A DNA stretch of 64,000 nt. Origin: Octopus sinensis. Lineage: Eukaryota. The notes beneath the pieces were generated by a model. The model had not been told where the DNA came from. It saw only the letters and a list, made by a program, of their open reading frames with translations, and ran no database searches. The stretch covers positions 138,756,001-138,820,000 of the forward strand of contig NC_042997.1 in NCBI RefSeq assembly GCF_006345805.1, written 5' to 3'. Shown piece after piece: positions 11,701 through 25,282 of the stretch; within the stretch, counting starts at the first letter, position 1; the number at the start of each line of letters is the position of its first letter. Position numbers and translations under genes: made by a program.

Positions 11701-13487
11701 CTTCTTATATAATGAAATTATATTAGACTTTTTTGCATCATCAGTCCCGCTTTCTGCTCTCTTTGCTTCTCATTTTCTGATCTTGGTAAAGATTATTTTT
11801 GGAAACGTATTTAAAGTACAACATTTTATCTGGCTTAAATATTTTACTTCTAAGAAAAATCGTGACCCACCCCACTACATACTAAACACTCAGCACTCTC
11901 ATGATATTTGCTCTTCCCCTTATGAGCTCACAACGACAACAAAAGTGGTGGGGTACAGCCCAGGTTATGAACCAATGCTATTTAATTTAAAATGTCTGTC
12001 AATATCTGTCGCCAATCGACATTGATAAACAGAATAAACATATGCTCCTCTAGCTCTTAACTTAATTAACAATTCCAATAAGAATTTTTCTTCTCTTTTT
12101 AGCATTTGTTTTCTGTATCATTTGTCTTCTCTGACAACCATATTGCCATTCTTATCGAACATTTTTTAAATACCTCCTACTGAACTAAAGTTTCTTCCTT
12201 TAGCAGTTGTACTATTTTTGACAAATTTTGTGACTGTAAAATTGTTTTATCTGTTGAGACAATTATTTTTACCGAGCCATGCCAGAGGTAATCTCTTATG
12301 GCAAGAATGTATCATCAAAATAGCATTTCTATGGCCTTTTATCCTTGTCTGTCTCCAAATAGCATTATACTGATAACATCTCAAATTTGCGTTTCTCTGA
12401 TTAATATCCCAGTGCTTATATTTTCATACAGCCTCACTAATTGAAGCAATTAATCTTCCAGTATGACACATGAAGAACACTGAACTTCCAGATACTTCTA
12501 ACCACTGGTAAAAATCCAAGATTATTGAAAACAGAGAGACAGTATTTCGTATTGACAACATACTCCCAAGTACATGACACATAACATGATTAAGATATTG
12601 TCGAACATTCGACAAAGTTGAGTCGTTAAAAGTGGGTTAGATTTTAATTGGCTATGTCTATCAAAATATGTTGCAGGAGTGCCACACGTCTGGCGTCCGA
12701 TGTCTGCATTCGATGCTTAGGACAGGAACACAATTGTAAGCATTTGAAAAGTCTGACATAACTATCCCTTATGCTATTTACAAAACTATTTGCACAGCCC
12801 ATCCTCCCTGTCTATTCTTACATCGTTTCCATTTATAGAATATTAAATTACTTGTATATTTGTATTCATATTTAAATGAAACATTTGATAACCGACAGTC
12901 TGTGAATGCATTTTCACTAGGTTTCATTTAGCCATTCTGAATACAGTTTATTATGTCATAAATGTGCTAATCTACTGAATAAAGGTTGTCTTTATTGAAG
13001 AACAAACAACACACTTTTCTGTGATAACTCTTAATAACTTTCACTGAAGTGCATAAAATATATATAACGATGGAACCTCTTTTTGTGAAAATTTAGCATT
13101 AGTCAAACATTCTATATTTTAATATATGCTTTAAAAAAATTTTCGTCTGGTCTATTGTTTTTAATAGAAATCTTTAACATGACAAATTACAACAGTCATA
13201 CATATTCTCAGTTCGTAATGTTTCCTCATCTATACTGGCATTTCCCTTGTGAATATTTTCCAAATATTTGATCACTCCTGTAATAAATTACCGCCATCCG
13301 ACTTAAATACTATCACAGCCTTTTAGACTATAAACGTTTCATAGGAACAGCGTACAGTAGAGCACCACTACAGTGTCTACTAGTTCTCGTATGGTACCTG
13401 GCTCCTAATAAAGAGTAGTAAAAGTCGAAATTGATACTAAAGGCACTAAGCTTCTTTATCGACTCTTTATTATCTAATATCTTTTAT

Positions 13488-13704
13488 CTTTTGCTTGTGT
13501 TAGTCATTAGACTGCAGCCATGCTGGTGTACCACTTTGAAGAATTTTTAGTCGAATTAACCGACTCTAGTACTTTTTTTCCATAATAATTCTATCGGGTT
13601 CTTTTGCCGAACCGCTAATTTACGGAAACGTAAGCACGCTAATACAGGATTTCAAGTGGTGGTGGAGGCAAACACAAACACAATAACACACACAAACACA
13701 CACA

Positions 13705-13751
<47 letters not shown>

Positions 13752-13935
13752 CACACACACATTTATATATGTATATATGTATATATGATGTCTTCTTTCA
13801 GTTTCCGTTCCTCAAATCCATTTACAAGGCTTTGGTCAGCCCGTGGCTTATAGCTGGAGACACTTGTCCAAGTTGCCACGCAGTGGGACTGAATCTGGAA
13901 CCATGTGGTTGGGAAGCAAGCTTCTTACCACACAG
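13488..13935 (-). mobile_element. tRNA-derived SINE family B with internal microsatellite
   Basis: Head (tgtgtggtaagaagcttgc...gattcagtcccactgcgtggc), internal (CA)n and conserved tail (cagcatggctgcagtc). Confidence 0.85.
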
Positions 13936-14328
13936 CAAAAGAAACTTTAATCAACATACGCAGACTAAGTGTACCCCACTTACTATAATCTAATCTTTAT
14001 TTGATAAAGTAATTTAGTGTATCTAATTTGGGTAAGTGCTTTTTACTATAGTCTCGGGCCAACCAAAACCTTGTGTGTGGATTTGGTAGACGGAGACTGA
14101 AAGAAGCCTGTCATATATATATATATATATATATAAGTAATACTAAGCAATAAGGGTTTAGCAACGAGTTGCCTTACCACATACCGAATTTAGAAATAGC
14201 AGTCAAAGGGTTATAGCTATTTCTTCTACTAAAAAGGGAGATCTCAGTAAAAACAGCATTTGGAAGGCAGACACAAACAGGTAAGAGAGAATGAATTGAC
14301 TGCAATCTATCATACATTTTTTTAGTTA

Positions 14329-14435
14329 TCCACGGACGTACGTTTCGAAATCAAGTTTTTAGGAAAGCATAAGAATTAAATATTAAATATTAAATAATTC
14401 TATCTTACCGAAACTTCTTTTCTCTTCAGCGTAGA
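14329..14435 (-). ncRNA. Type I hammerhead ribozyme (family D, inverted arm)
   Basis: Reverse complement of 14684-14790. Confidence 0.85.
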
Positions 14436-14683
14436 ATACTATAATCATAAATGATTATATATTGAATTTTGAGATACCAGAAGGCACCAACTCAACTCAG
14501 TATCAGAGCGAGCTAGAATCCGCAACTGGTATCACCGAATTCAATTTGTGAATGAAACGATTGTGTCAACAGCCCCTTCCCACCCGCGTGTAGCCAAAAC
14601 AAGATGCTGTGGTCATCTACTGAGATAAAATATGGTATCTGGTATCTCAAAATTCAATATATAATCATTTATGATTATAGTAT

Positions 14684-14790
14684 TCTACGCTGAAGAGAAA
14701 AGAAGTTTCGGTAAGATAGAATTATTTAATATTTAATATTTAATTCTTATGCTTTCCTAAAAACTTGATTTCGAAACGTACGTCCGTGGA
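14684..14790 (+). ncRNA. Type I hammerhead ribozyme (family D)
   Basis: tctacg CTGAAGA gaaa...(long loop)...tttc GAAAC gtac GTC cgtgga; predicted cut after 14784. Confidence 0.87.
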
Positions 14791-15089
14791 TAACTAAAAA
14801 AATGTATGATAGATTGCAGTCAATTCATTCTCTCTTACCTGTTTGTGTCTGCCTTCCAAATGCTGTTTTTACTGAGATCTCCCTTTTTAGTAGAAGAAAT
14901 AGCTATAACCCTTTGACTGCTATTTCTAAATTCGGTATGTGGTAAGGCAACTCGTTGCTAAACCCTTATTGCTTAGTATTACTTAAATTTTCCTCGAATG
15001 AGGCTTTTACATGCCGAAGACTACTTGGTGTAATTGATAATTTTTCCAAATTAATTAATTTCACCCTTCATTATTACGGATATATATAT

Positions 15090-15482
15090 ATATATATAAT
15101 ATAAAATCCGTTCCGTCTGTGTGTGTGTGTATGTCTTCTAGGATCTCGGGCAATCTCCATCCGATTGCGCTCAAATTTGATATGTAGGTACCGACGGTAT
15201 CAGGGCGAGTATAAGTCTTGAAAAAATTACAAAAATCGATTCCAGGTGAGAATGCGATCGATAAAACCGTGGGAACGTGCATTTGTACGCGCAAGTACAT
15301 CAGCTGTTGCGATCGATACTACGCGTACGCGAGAAAAATGCCCGTGCAGTTTGCGCAAAAAAAGCCGGCTGGCTTGAAATAATGCCACAACATGGGACGG
15401 TCGGACAAGTTGTTTTGAGAAAATTTGGTTTAAATGTTTGACAACTCAGCACCGTCCATTGGACGGGGTACGTTTTGCTCGT
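15090..15482 (+). mobile_element. Non-autonomous Helitron-like element
   Basis: 5' tatataatataaaatccg...(tg)n start; 3' GC hairpin ccgtcc-att-ggacgg (15452-15466) lies 11 nt before CTCG|T, a variant of CTRR|T. Confidence 0.6.
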
Positions 15483-15486
15483 AAAC

Positions 15487-15562
<76 letters not shown>

Positions 15563-16222
15563 TATATACATCTTTGAGTGTCTGTGTTTGTCCTCCCAGC
15601 ATAGCTTGACGACCGATGCTGGTGTGTAACGTAGCGGTTCTGCAAGAGCGACCGATAGAATAAGTACTAGGCTTACAAAGAATAAGTCCTGGAGTCGATT
15701 TGCTCGACTAAAGGCGTTGCTCCAGCATGGCTGCAGTCAAATGACTGAAACAGATAAAAGAATATAATGAAAAGAAGAGAAATTATTTATTCTATTGGAT
15801 TTAACTTACCAGAGATAGCGCATATCCTAACAAATATTCAATTCCATGTTGAGATTATGTGAATTTAGGATCTTATAATTTAGAATCTGAAGAATTTCCA
15901 CTTCAGAGGTGATTTGCAGCTGAACCAGCTTTCGATAAATTTTATTTCGATGAAGTGTTTTCGATCAACGGTTCTCATATCTCTAAGTATATGTTTTGAA
16001 GATGAGACCTTTAAATTAATTCACGTAAAATATATTACTGCATGGTTGGTTACACAAGTCTCTTCTTTTACTTTTGTGTCATCCCTTCAATGGGGTCTGC
16101 TTTTAGGAAGAAAGAAAGAGAGAGGGACAGAGAAAGACAGAGTGAGAGAGAGAACGATAGTGTGTCTTTGTATGAGTGAGGGTATGACAGAGTGTGTGCG
16201 TGGGTATGTCTGAAATAATGAG

Positions 16223-16268
<46 letters not shown>

Positions 16269-16494
16269 CGTGTGCGCGTGCAGTTGTGCACGCGTGTGTG
16301 TTTTGTGTTGGCAGTAATATAAGGTGTTACGGACAAATGATATTGATATGACAACAATGTACGCCAACTATCGTCGGAACTAGGCGAGGATTCGGGTTGT
16401 AGTGTAGTAATGTAGCCTATTGCATACCGACACAAAGAGGCACTCGGTTGGACAAGCACAGTCACACAAACACACACACACACACACACACATA

Positions 16495-16675
16495 CATATA
16501 TGTATTCATATATACGACAGGCTTCTTTCAGTTTCTGTCTACCAAATCCACTCACAAGGCTTTGGTCGGCCCGAGGCTATAGAAGAAGACACTTGCCCAA
16601 GGTGCCACGCGGTGGGACTGAACCCGGAACCATGTGGTTCGTAAGCAAGCTACTTACCACACAGCCACTCCTATG
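16495..16675 (-). mobile_element. SINE family B head and body
   Basis: Reverse complement of ggagtggctgtgtggtaagtagcttgc...gggttcagtccc...ccttgggcaagtg. Confidence 0.9.
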
Positions 16676-17154
16676 TCTATCCTTTACTATCCTGTCTGTT
16701 TTCCTTGTTTTGCCGAACGTAGTGTATTCTAGGATTACAATATGTTGTCATCCACTTTTCATGGTAGACGGAAACTGGAAGAAGCCCGTCGTATTTACAC
16801 TTTTCATGATGAAAGGGTATGGTTTGAAGATGGTTTAGCAGCTATTTCTAGCAGGCTCAACGGCTATGTAGAGACCTCTTTGTTGGCTCATCGCTGGATA
16901 TTTTATTTACATCAGCAACATATCCAGAAAAAAACTATTCCAAATTTGTGAAACCCGTAAAGCTCAACCTAATACCAGTTTCCGTATAATTAAACGGATA
17001 ACAAAACCACATTCACTTCAACAGGATACCAGACTACTGCAGCTTTTTTACTCACAGACCATTCCGGATGAACTGGATATCAGGCTATGAGTAACGAATA
17101 TACTATGAAGTGAATCTCCCATTCTCCTTTGTGATTAGCTGACACTGTCTTTTT

Positions 17155-17257
<103 letters not shown>

Positions 17258-17317
17258 GCATGTACAGAAGTTTCAAAAGTTTATTGCATGTTCCGAAAAC
17301 CAACATTTCCTACAAAA

Positions 17318-17535
17318 TATTGATTTCAAATTTTGGCACAAGACCAGCAAGTTCGAGATAGGTGGGAAAGTCGATTACACCGACCTCAGTGCTCAAATGG
17401 TACTTATCTTATCAATCAAAAAGGATGAAAGGCTCAGTCGACCTCGGTGCTATTGGAACTCAGATCGTAGAGACAGACGAAATACGCTAAGCATTTTTGC
17501 CCGGCATTCTAACGATCCTGCCAGCTCGCTGCCTT
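17318..17535 (-). mobile_element. SINE family A (near full length)
   Basis: Tail gatttcaaattttggcacaag through head ccagctcgctgcc. Confidence 0.85.
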
Positions 17536-19454
17536 TCCATCAAAATATTGCCACGTCTTAACTGACGGGCGCGCTCACCACCGTTTGAAACATTGATCCT
17601 GTAGGTATTTAAACTGCAGAGTCGTTACAAAGGGACATTTTAAAGTACTAATCTCTGCATTATTTAGATAAGCTTCCTATAAAGAACATTATTTATACTT
17701 GAATATAAACGTATACATTACCTCAGCCTTTAATCTCTTTTTTTCCTTCATTTTACTCAGTAAAAAATACAGTAATAAAATATATTTTCTGCTTTAAGTG
17801 ACAAGCCTTTCATTGTCTGAATGTATCTATTTCCGGTTCTGAAATGGCGTTCTGCAGACTGGGGTGACATGTCCTTTTATATTCGTTCCTTTGCAGTCAA
17901 ATAAAATCGTGATTTAAAGATCTCCATGTACCTCATAATGGGATGAACGTTTTCAATGTTTCATCCCATATTTATCTACTTTCTTATTTTTGGAAGAATA
18001 TTTTCACATTACTGGATAGTAATGTTGATCAAGTCAATTTAGTTAGTTGCGTCCAGAAGTTATACTTTTTCTAGGACAAAATATTTAAAATCATACACAC
18101 ATAAAATAAAATGAAATACAACTCAATTAGAAAGGTTGAAGTAAGAGATGTCTACACGAACGATATGGTTTAACTAAATATCAATGAGGGTGGTGGGTGG
18201 CAGATTCCGCAATGGACAAAATATCTTCTGATATCTAGTTACGTCCTTTTACATTCTAAGTTCAAATTTTGCCAGAATCGACTTTGGTTTTCATCCTATT
18301 ATAGGTCTATGTGTACAGAAATAGTTAAGTATCGTGACAAAGTCTAACGATTTAAATCCCATTGAAAATTATATATTGTTGTCAATAAATAGATAAATAA
18401 ATAAAATTACATTACATTAAATTAAATCAAGCGTCGTGGTTTCGGAAAAATTTCCTTTACATTTTTCTCTACTTCAAAAGAGAAATTGTCTTAATATTCC
18501 ATGTCGAAAAATGGTTAATCAAAAATGGCAAAACCGAGCTTTTAACAATGTCATATAACATAAAGATCAAATTGGCAAAAAAAAAAAAAAAAAATTAGAG
18601 AAAATAAATAAATAAAAATAGATCAATATGTTATTTCTAGTTTTATCCCTTATCAACAGAATTCCGAGGGAAAAGCAAAAGAATAAAAAAAAAAGGGAAA
18701 AGTAAATAAAATAAGAAACAAAAAAGAAAAATATAACAAAAGCACAAAGCTTAATTGATAAACACTTTCTAAGAGTTGGACATCTCTAATTCAAACGCAT
18801 CGGCCAAGTTTTCTATTATTTGCCAATGTTTTCTGGGGAAAATAGATTTCTGGACATTTCTAAATAGAGTTTACAAGTACATTTTCGTGCCGAACAAATA
18901 CGAATATTCATATAAAATAGCTACGCATATTCTGTACATTGAAATACATTGAAAACGTTTTATCACATTAGTATGGACCAGCAAATCTTTGTAAATTCTG
19001 ATTCTATTTTCACTGTAGTGGTTTCCCTAGAAATTGATTCATATGTTTCATTCATTCTTTAACTTTCACGGTATGTCAGCAATTTTCTACTTTCGAAGTT
19101 GTTATCTATCAAACTTTGCATTATAGTTTCCACCATTGCTTAAAAATCATTCTATAGTAGTTCCTCGTGCAGTTAGACACAGCAGACAAATCTCACTCAA
19201 ATTGCACCCCATTGTCTTAAAAACGTAAGAATACATTGAATAATGTATTAGATACACAAAAAGACTTTCTAAGTTATCTACCACTCTTTGCATTACAGAT
19301 TTCACCATTTCGTGGAAAGCTCTCTGTAGGTACTTGCACTGCTAGAAACAGCAGACAAACCTCATTCAATTTGCTCCCAACTGTCTTAAAACGTAAGAAA
19401 AGATTAAATAATATGATGTAGATATACTAGAAGATTTCAGAGTGGTTAACTTTC

Positions 19455-19700
19455 AATGTTGAGAAATATCGAGACCTAGCCAAAGTAATAACGATTTTGT
19501 AGAATACAAAGGGGACAAATGTTTCAATGGTAATTGGTGCACAAAGTAAAAATCTCAAAGAAGTTAGAGAATACAGAAACTGAGACAAGCATTATCGGCC
19601 ACCAGGAAAGTGCCATCTAAAGATTGTTGAAATTCGAAGAGACTTGTTGTCAACAAACCGCAGGATAAGATATATACCAATTAAATTAGCATGCAATAGG
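19455..19700 (+). mobile_element. Decayed R4/Dong-like 3' fragment
   Basis: VEKYRDLAKVITIL*NTKGTNVSMVIGA matches the KYxDL...VIGALG motif; followed by (TAC)n/(TAA)n. Confidence 0.55.
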
Positions 19701-19701
19701 T

Positions 19702-19747
<46 letters not shown>

Positions 19748-19748
19748 G

Positions 19749-19817
<69 letters not shown>

Positions 19818-19848
19818 ATAATAATAATAATAATACTGATAATAATAA

Positions 19849-20400
19849 ATGCCCTGATGCAGTACCAGGCACTGGCCTTCATGGTTTCTCATCTTAACTG
19901 ATTGGAAGTGTTATCGTGTATATTGTTTTGTCATGGTATAAAAGATGGGCTACAGCAAATTTTCTGCTCAGTACCACAGATTTTCTTGTCGGTTGTTTGA
20001 CCGTAACCAGTTGAGCATGTCCCTTAGTGGCTGACGATATGTGCATCTCTGATCGCGAGCAGAAGTAGTGGGGGAGCATCATAGCCATGTGTTGAGAGGA
20101 ATTCTTTGGGGTTTGAATAATTCACCTCTGGAAACATGGGTGTTTCGTTCGACAGCCTTAAACAACCCTTATTCAGGGACCTTTTGAGCGGGATGGGCTA
20201 CTCAACCTGAAGAAAATTCTAACTGGGCCCCACCTGCATGGTCATGCGCTGTTAATCTTGATATGAAATCACCGTGTCGCGCACATATGGTTGTGATGCA
20301 TGTGCCTGGTGTACCCTTATCAGACGGGTAGTTATGATGGGTATACTGGGCTTCGTATATTTTAACCCGGTGTCGATTTGATGGCACGCACTGCTCTCTC
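19849..20400 (-). mobile_element. ~550-bp (TAA)n-embedded repeat, copy 2
   Basis: Colinear with 10469-11017. Confidence 0.85.
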
Positions 20401-20756
20401 AATAACAATGATAATCCTTTTTGCTATAGGCACAAGGCCTAAAATTTGGGGGAGGGGAATAAACGATTACGTTCACCCCAGAGTTTCACTGGTACTTAAT
20501 TTATCGACCCCGAAAGGAAGCAAGGCAAAGTCGACCTCGCCCGGCGTGCTAACGATTCTGCTAGCTCACCGACTTAATAATAATGGTGATGATGATGATA
20601 ATAATAATAATAACAATAATAATAATAACAACAACAACAACAATAATAATAATAATAATAATAAATGACAGAAGAAATTTAATGATTTTATCAAGAGGTT
20701 AGCATGAAATAAATGAAACCATAAAGGCTACAATTTATACTAATTTATGATTATAT

Positions 20757-20988
20757 TGAAGGGTGCATATAAACGCCACTAACACGCTAGAAATAGACGT
20801 TAAATGGCTCTAAAAACCACATGCACACTCCGTTAGCACAGGTTGTAAACAGGCAGATGGATGAATAATTTTTTTTTTAAATTGATTAATTGCAGATCGA
20901 TTTCTGGCTTACGATTGTAAAACTCTTTGCTTTCTTCAGTAGAATGGTGTCTATTTCTAGCGTGTTAGTGGGATTTATCTACACCCTT
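20757..20988. mobile_element. Old inverted-arm element with a decayed hammerhead
   Basis: 20757-20798 pairs with 20947-20988. Minus strand 20890-20944 reads ttcta CTGAAGA...GAAAT cg ATC tgcaa with damaged stems. Confidence 0.5.
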
Positions 20989-20997
20989 CGATATACT

Positions 20998-21395
20998 CTT
21001 TTACTCTTTTACTTGTTTCAGTCATTTGACTGCGGCCATGCTGGAGCACTGCCTTTAGTCGAGCAAATCGACCCCGGGACTTATTCTTTGTAAGCCCAGT
21101 ACTTATTCTATCGGTCACTTTTGCCGAACCGCTAAGTTACGGGGACGTAAACACACCACCATCGGTTGTCAAGCAATGCTAGGGGGGCAAACACAGACAC
21201 AAAAACACATACACACACACACATATATATATATACATATATACGGCAGGCTTCTTTCAGTTTCCGTCTACCGAATCCACTCACAAGGCATTGGTCGGCC
21301 CGGGGCTATAGCACTTGCCCAAGATGCCACGCAGTGGAACTGACCTTGGAACCATGTGGTTGGTTAGCAAGCTACTTACCACACAGCCACTCCTG
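20998..21395 (-). mobile_element. SINE family B (full length)
   Basis: Tail, internal (CA)/(TA) tract and head all present. Confidence 0.9.
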
Positions 21396-21488
21396 CACCT
21401 ATGATTATATTATACTTATGCTATATATATATATTTATATATATAATGAGCTAAACGGAAAGTGGAGTTCACGAGAATCAGTATTTAT

Positions 21489-21590
21489 CACAACGATCGT
21501 TTCGAACCATCTTGCGACGGTTCTTTGCGCGTGGGATACTGTACAACTGGCTATGTTGCATTCTCTGGTGTAGATGCATCTCATCAGGTG
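21489..21590 (-). ncRNA. Type I hammerhead ribozyme (family E)
   Basis: cac CTGATGA ga...tc GAAAC gatc GTT gtg; palindromic stem III. Confidence 0.72.
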
Positions 21591-21825
21591 TCTTGTTTTA
21601 AAGAAGATATCTCGCTAGATATATTCGGTTCCGCTTGGTATGTTATTCTTGCCAGTAGGTTATTGGCTATAAGGCCAATAAGAAGGAAAACTGTATATAT
21701 GTATATATACGTGTGTATATAATGTATGTGTCTTATCAAGTGCCTTATAGCCAATAACCTACTGGCAACAATAACATACCAAGCGGAACCGAGTATATTT
21801 AGAGAAGTATCTTCTTTAAAACAAG

Positions 21826-21929
21826 ACACCTGATGAGATGCATCTACACCAGCGGATGCAACATAACCAAATATACAGTATCCCACGTGCAAGAGACCGA
21901 TGCAAGATGGGTCGAAACAATCGTTGTGT
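21826..21929 (+). ncRNA. Type I hammerhead ribozyme (family E)
   Basis: acac CTGATGA gat...gtc GAAAC aatc GTT gtgt. Confidence 0.72.
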
Positions 21930-22130
21930 GAATAAAGATTCTCGTAAACACCATTTTCAGTTTCCCTCATTCATCATAAACTCAACGATTACGGTGGAAT
22001 TCCTGAAGTAGAACCAGTGATATTTATATCAAATTTGATGATGACATCAGGTAGCCTAAACAGTGAAAGTGCTCTAATTGGCATACTACTAACCGTACAC
22101 TCAAAGTCCAAATAATTATATATATACCCA

Positions 22131-22468
22131 CATATATAAATAAGATGGAGGTTTTTCGATGTATCTCATCTTATCAAATATCAGTAATAATTTATAAAAA
22201 TTTGAAGTAAAAACAGTTTATATTTTGTCTGGGGGTTAAGAACATGTCCTTGTCCCCAAGAACATGTTCTTGACCCCAGGTACGAGATAAAATGTTTTTA
22301 CTTCAAATTTTTATAAATTTTTACAGATATTTGATAAGATGATATACATCGAAGACCGGTAATATTTTCTTTATATAATCTTTTAAATTATTTTTATTAA
22401 ATTCCCTCTTAAATTGAAATGTCTTAGACTTACTTCTGTACTATTTCCACCTCCATCTTTTATATATA
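22131..22468. mobile_element. Foldback MITE-like element
   Basis: 22156-22250 pairs with 22260-22353 (ttcgatgtat...aagaacatg / catgttcttg...atacatcgaa); outer arms tataaataagatggaggt / acctccatcttttatata. Confidence 0.7.
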
Positions 22469-22516
22469 AAAATTTGATTTGCATAGATCTCTAATCTTTT
22501 TTTCAACCTATGTATA

Positions 22517-22618
<102 letters not shown>

Positions 22619-22959
22619 AATATATGCGTATGTATGTATATATATGTATGTATATATGCATGTATGTATGTGTGGGGGTGGGGGCATATGTATGTGTATA
22701 TATGTGTGTGTGTATGTATGCATGTATCTATTTATGCATGCATATACGTAATATATCTTTTGACTTACACATCAGAGATGTAAGCATAATTACAGAAAAT
22801 GAAACTTCAGTGGGCTTTTCGAAAGAGGTTTTTTGCTTGTGATAGTTGTTCTACACTGGGTTACAGACACTCCCTTGTCACTCTCACAGTCAAGAATATA
22901 TTAATCTAGTGATTATTTCTTTCGAAACCTCTAGTTTTCACGACTCTACATTTCACGAA

Positions 22960-23500
22960 ATGTGGTCTAAAATGAAAAGGGAAATATATTGTTTCTAGTT
23001 ACTCAGTGTTAGACCAAACGAAGTATATAATTATGCACATTAAAATTAGAGAGTTCATACTCTGGAAATCATGCCAGAATTATCAAGAATATGCAGAGAG
23101 AGGTGTACAAACACACAGCACAGTCTTAGATGATGTTCGTACAACACTCTAGGACATGCCGATTCTTGCGGACAGACATTAAGGAAAAATAGTCCAGATA
23201 TTATTATCAAAAACTAGCAGAAAAACAAATGTATCCTATCTGTTATAGAATTCCAAGCGGGGATATTTTATCTCTGAAGGATATGAAGAAAGTATCCAAA
23301 TGTACAGACCTGGAAATACAGATAACCAGAAGGCTTGGATTCAATGCAGAAATATTTCCCATGATAACACATACTTCGAAAATGAAAAGAGAGAAAAATA
23401 GATAAAGACAAATATATAACCTGCTTCGCTACAAATTACACAATACAACAAATAGTACCATTCAGCACTGCATACACAATACGCACAATATTTTCCTTGC
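22960..23500 (+). pseudogene. R4/Dong-like restriction-like endonuclease domain fossil
   Basis: *DMPILADR..NSPDIIIKN*QKNKCIL...SLKDMKKVSKCTDLEIQITRRLGFNAEIFPMI matches the WD.PI.TD...NRPDI...K..KY.DL motif; (TAA)n downstream. Confidence 0.75.
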
Positions 23501-23585
23501 GGAAAGAAGAAAGAAATGGGGGAACACGGAGCTGTAATGGGGAAGGATGCACAGAACTAAAATAGACTATTGAAATAATAATAAC

Positions 23586-23637
<52 letters not shown>

Positions 23638-23639
<2 letters not shown>

Positions 23640-23850
23640 CCTTTCTACTATAGGCACAAGGCCTGTAATATGGGAAGGGGAACTAGTCGATTACATCGGC
23701 CTCAGTGCTTCACTGGTACTTAATTTATCGACCCCGAAAGGATGAATGGCAAAGTCGAACTCGGCAGAATATGAACTCAGAACGTAGCGACGGGCGAAAT
23801 ACCCCTAAGCATTTCGTCCAGCGTGCCAACGATTCTGCCATTTCGCTTCT
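23638..23850 (-). mobile_element. SINE family A
   Basis: Conserved body cgaccccgaaaggatga...gaactcagaacgtagcg. Confidence 0.88.
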
Positions 23851-23920
23851 TTAATAAAAAATAGTAATTCTTTCCATTGAAACCTCAAGGCCTGAAATTT
23901 GGTTGGAGGGGATGAGTCGA

Positions 23921-23994
<74 letters not shown>

Positions 23995-24218
23995 CAATAA
24001 TAATAAAGAGGTAAGATGAATTAATTTTATTATTATTGAAATATAATTTACTCCCTGATCGAAAACTGCAGTTTCTGCGGGATTGCTCGTAGCACAAACG
24101 TGGGTATTGAGGATAAATATGTGTTCACATTCGGCTGTATATTTTTGGAAGTGTTCGTTGAATATCGGTTATGCGATGACGCTTGATCGCGTACATCTTT
24201 AAATTTATATTTCGAAAT

Positions 24219-24286
24219 GTTGCACTGAAGATGAGAAATAATTAAGTAAATATAACTTTACTTTAATCTCGAAACGCGTATGTAGC
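24219..24286 (+). ncRNA. Type I hammerhead ribozyme (family F)
   Basis: gttgca CTGAAGA t gaga...tctc GAAAC gc GTA tgtagc. The downstream ctatttctaaattcggt (24391) is shared with family D (14920). The host segment 23995-24460 lies between microsatellites. Confidence 0.75.
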
Positions 24287-24471
24287 TAATCTGAGTCGTG
24301 TGGATTCGTTATTTTTTCTTTTTGCCTACGTAAATAAGAGTGTTACTGTCTGGAAGATCTTTATGGTGGTAGAAAAGGCATTTTAACTCCTATTTCTAAA
24401 TTCGGTGCGTAGCGTAGCAATTAGATGACCCCTGATTATAATTATGTTCATAATCATAGAATATTTGCATG

Positions 24472-24566
<95 letters not shown>

Positions 24567-25086
24567 TGGGCTTCCTTTAGTTTTCATCTGCTAAATTCAC
24601 TCACAAGGCTTTGGTCGGCTCGTGGCTATTGTAGAAGACACCTACCAAAGGTACCAATATACGTGAGGGCATATGCCCTCGAAGTTAGGGTGTCGCAATC
24701 ACGATCGCGAAATCGTGACTTTACTTCCGGTACTGCGTGGTGCGTTGTGTTCTTGAACAAAGCATTTCATCTCACATTGATCTTTGATCATTTCCACACC
24801 TTACGTGCTGGTACATCGACGTGTTCGGTCAATGTTGATTTGATGGAGGGTGTGAGCTTATTTGCAGCACACACGTTTGATTAAATCATGAGTGCAAGTT
24901 ATTCAAATAAAAAAAAAAATGAACGCTCATACGTCATCTTCAACGGGAAATTTGGGGGGGGGGAAGGGAAAGTCGATTATATCGACCCCATTGTTCAACT
25001 GGTACTTATCTAATTGACTCCGAAAGGATGAAAGGTGAAGTCGACCACGGCGAAATTTGAACTCAGATTCTGTCAGTTTGCTGCTC

Positions 25087-25137
25087 TACTACTACTACTA
25101 TTACTACTACTACTACTGCTACTACTACTACTACTAC

Positions 25138-25170
<33 letters not shown>

Positions 25171-25282
25171 TGATGATGATGAGGAGGAGGAGGAGGAGAA
25201 GAAGAAGAAGAAGAAGAAGAAGAAGAAGAAGAAGAAGAAGAAGAAGAAGAAGAAGAAGAAGAAAAAGAAGTAGAAGAAGAAG
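25087..25282. repeat. Compound trinucleotide run (CTA)-(ATA)-(ATG)-(AGG)-(AAG)
   Basis: Direct tandem repeats. Confidence 0.95.

Larger units (their letters stand above)
14134..15080 (+). mobile_element. Hammerhead element family D with inverted arms (PLE-derived, non-coding here)
   Basis: 14134-14481 is an apparently perfect reverse complement of 14638-14985; the right arm has a ~95-nt extra tail; (TA)n flanks. Confidence 0.88.
14030..15762 (+). mobile_element. SINE family B split by nested insertions in its internal (TA)n
   Basis: Body at 14030-14113 and tail at 15575-15762, separated by the family D element and a Helitron-like element. Confidence 0.75.
21445..22120 (+). mobile_element. 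Hammerhead element family E with diverged inverted arms
   Basis: 21445-21676 is an imperfect reverse complement of 21742-21970; a related copy lies at 39555-40120. Confidence 0.8.
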
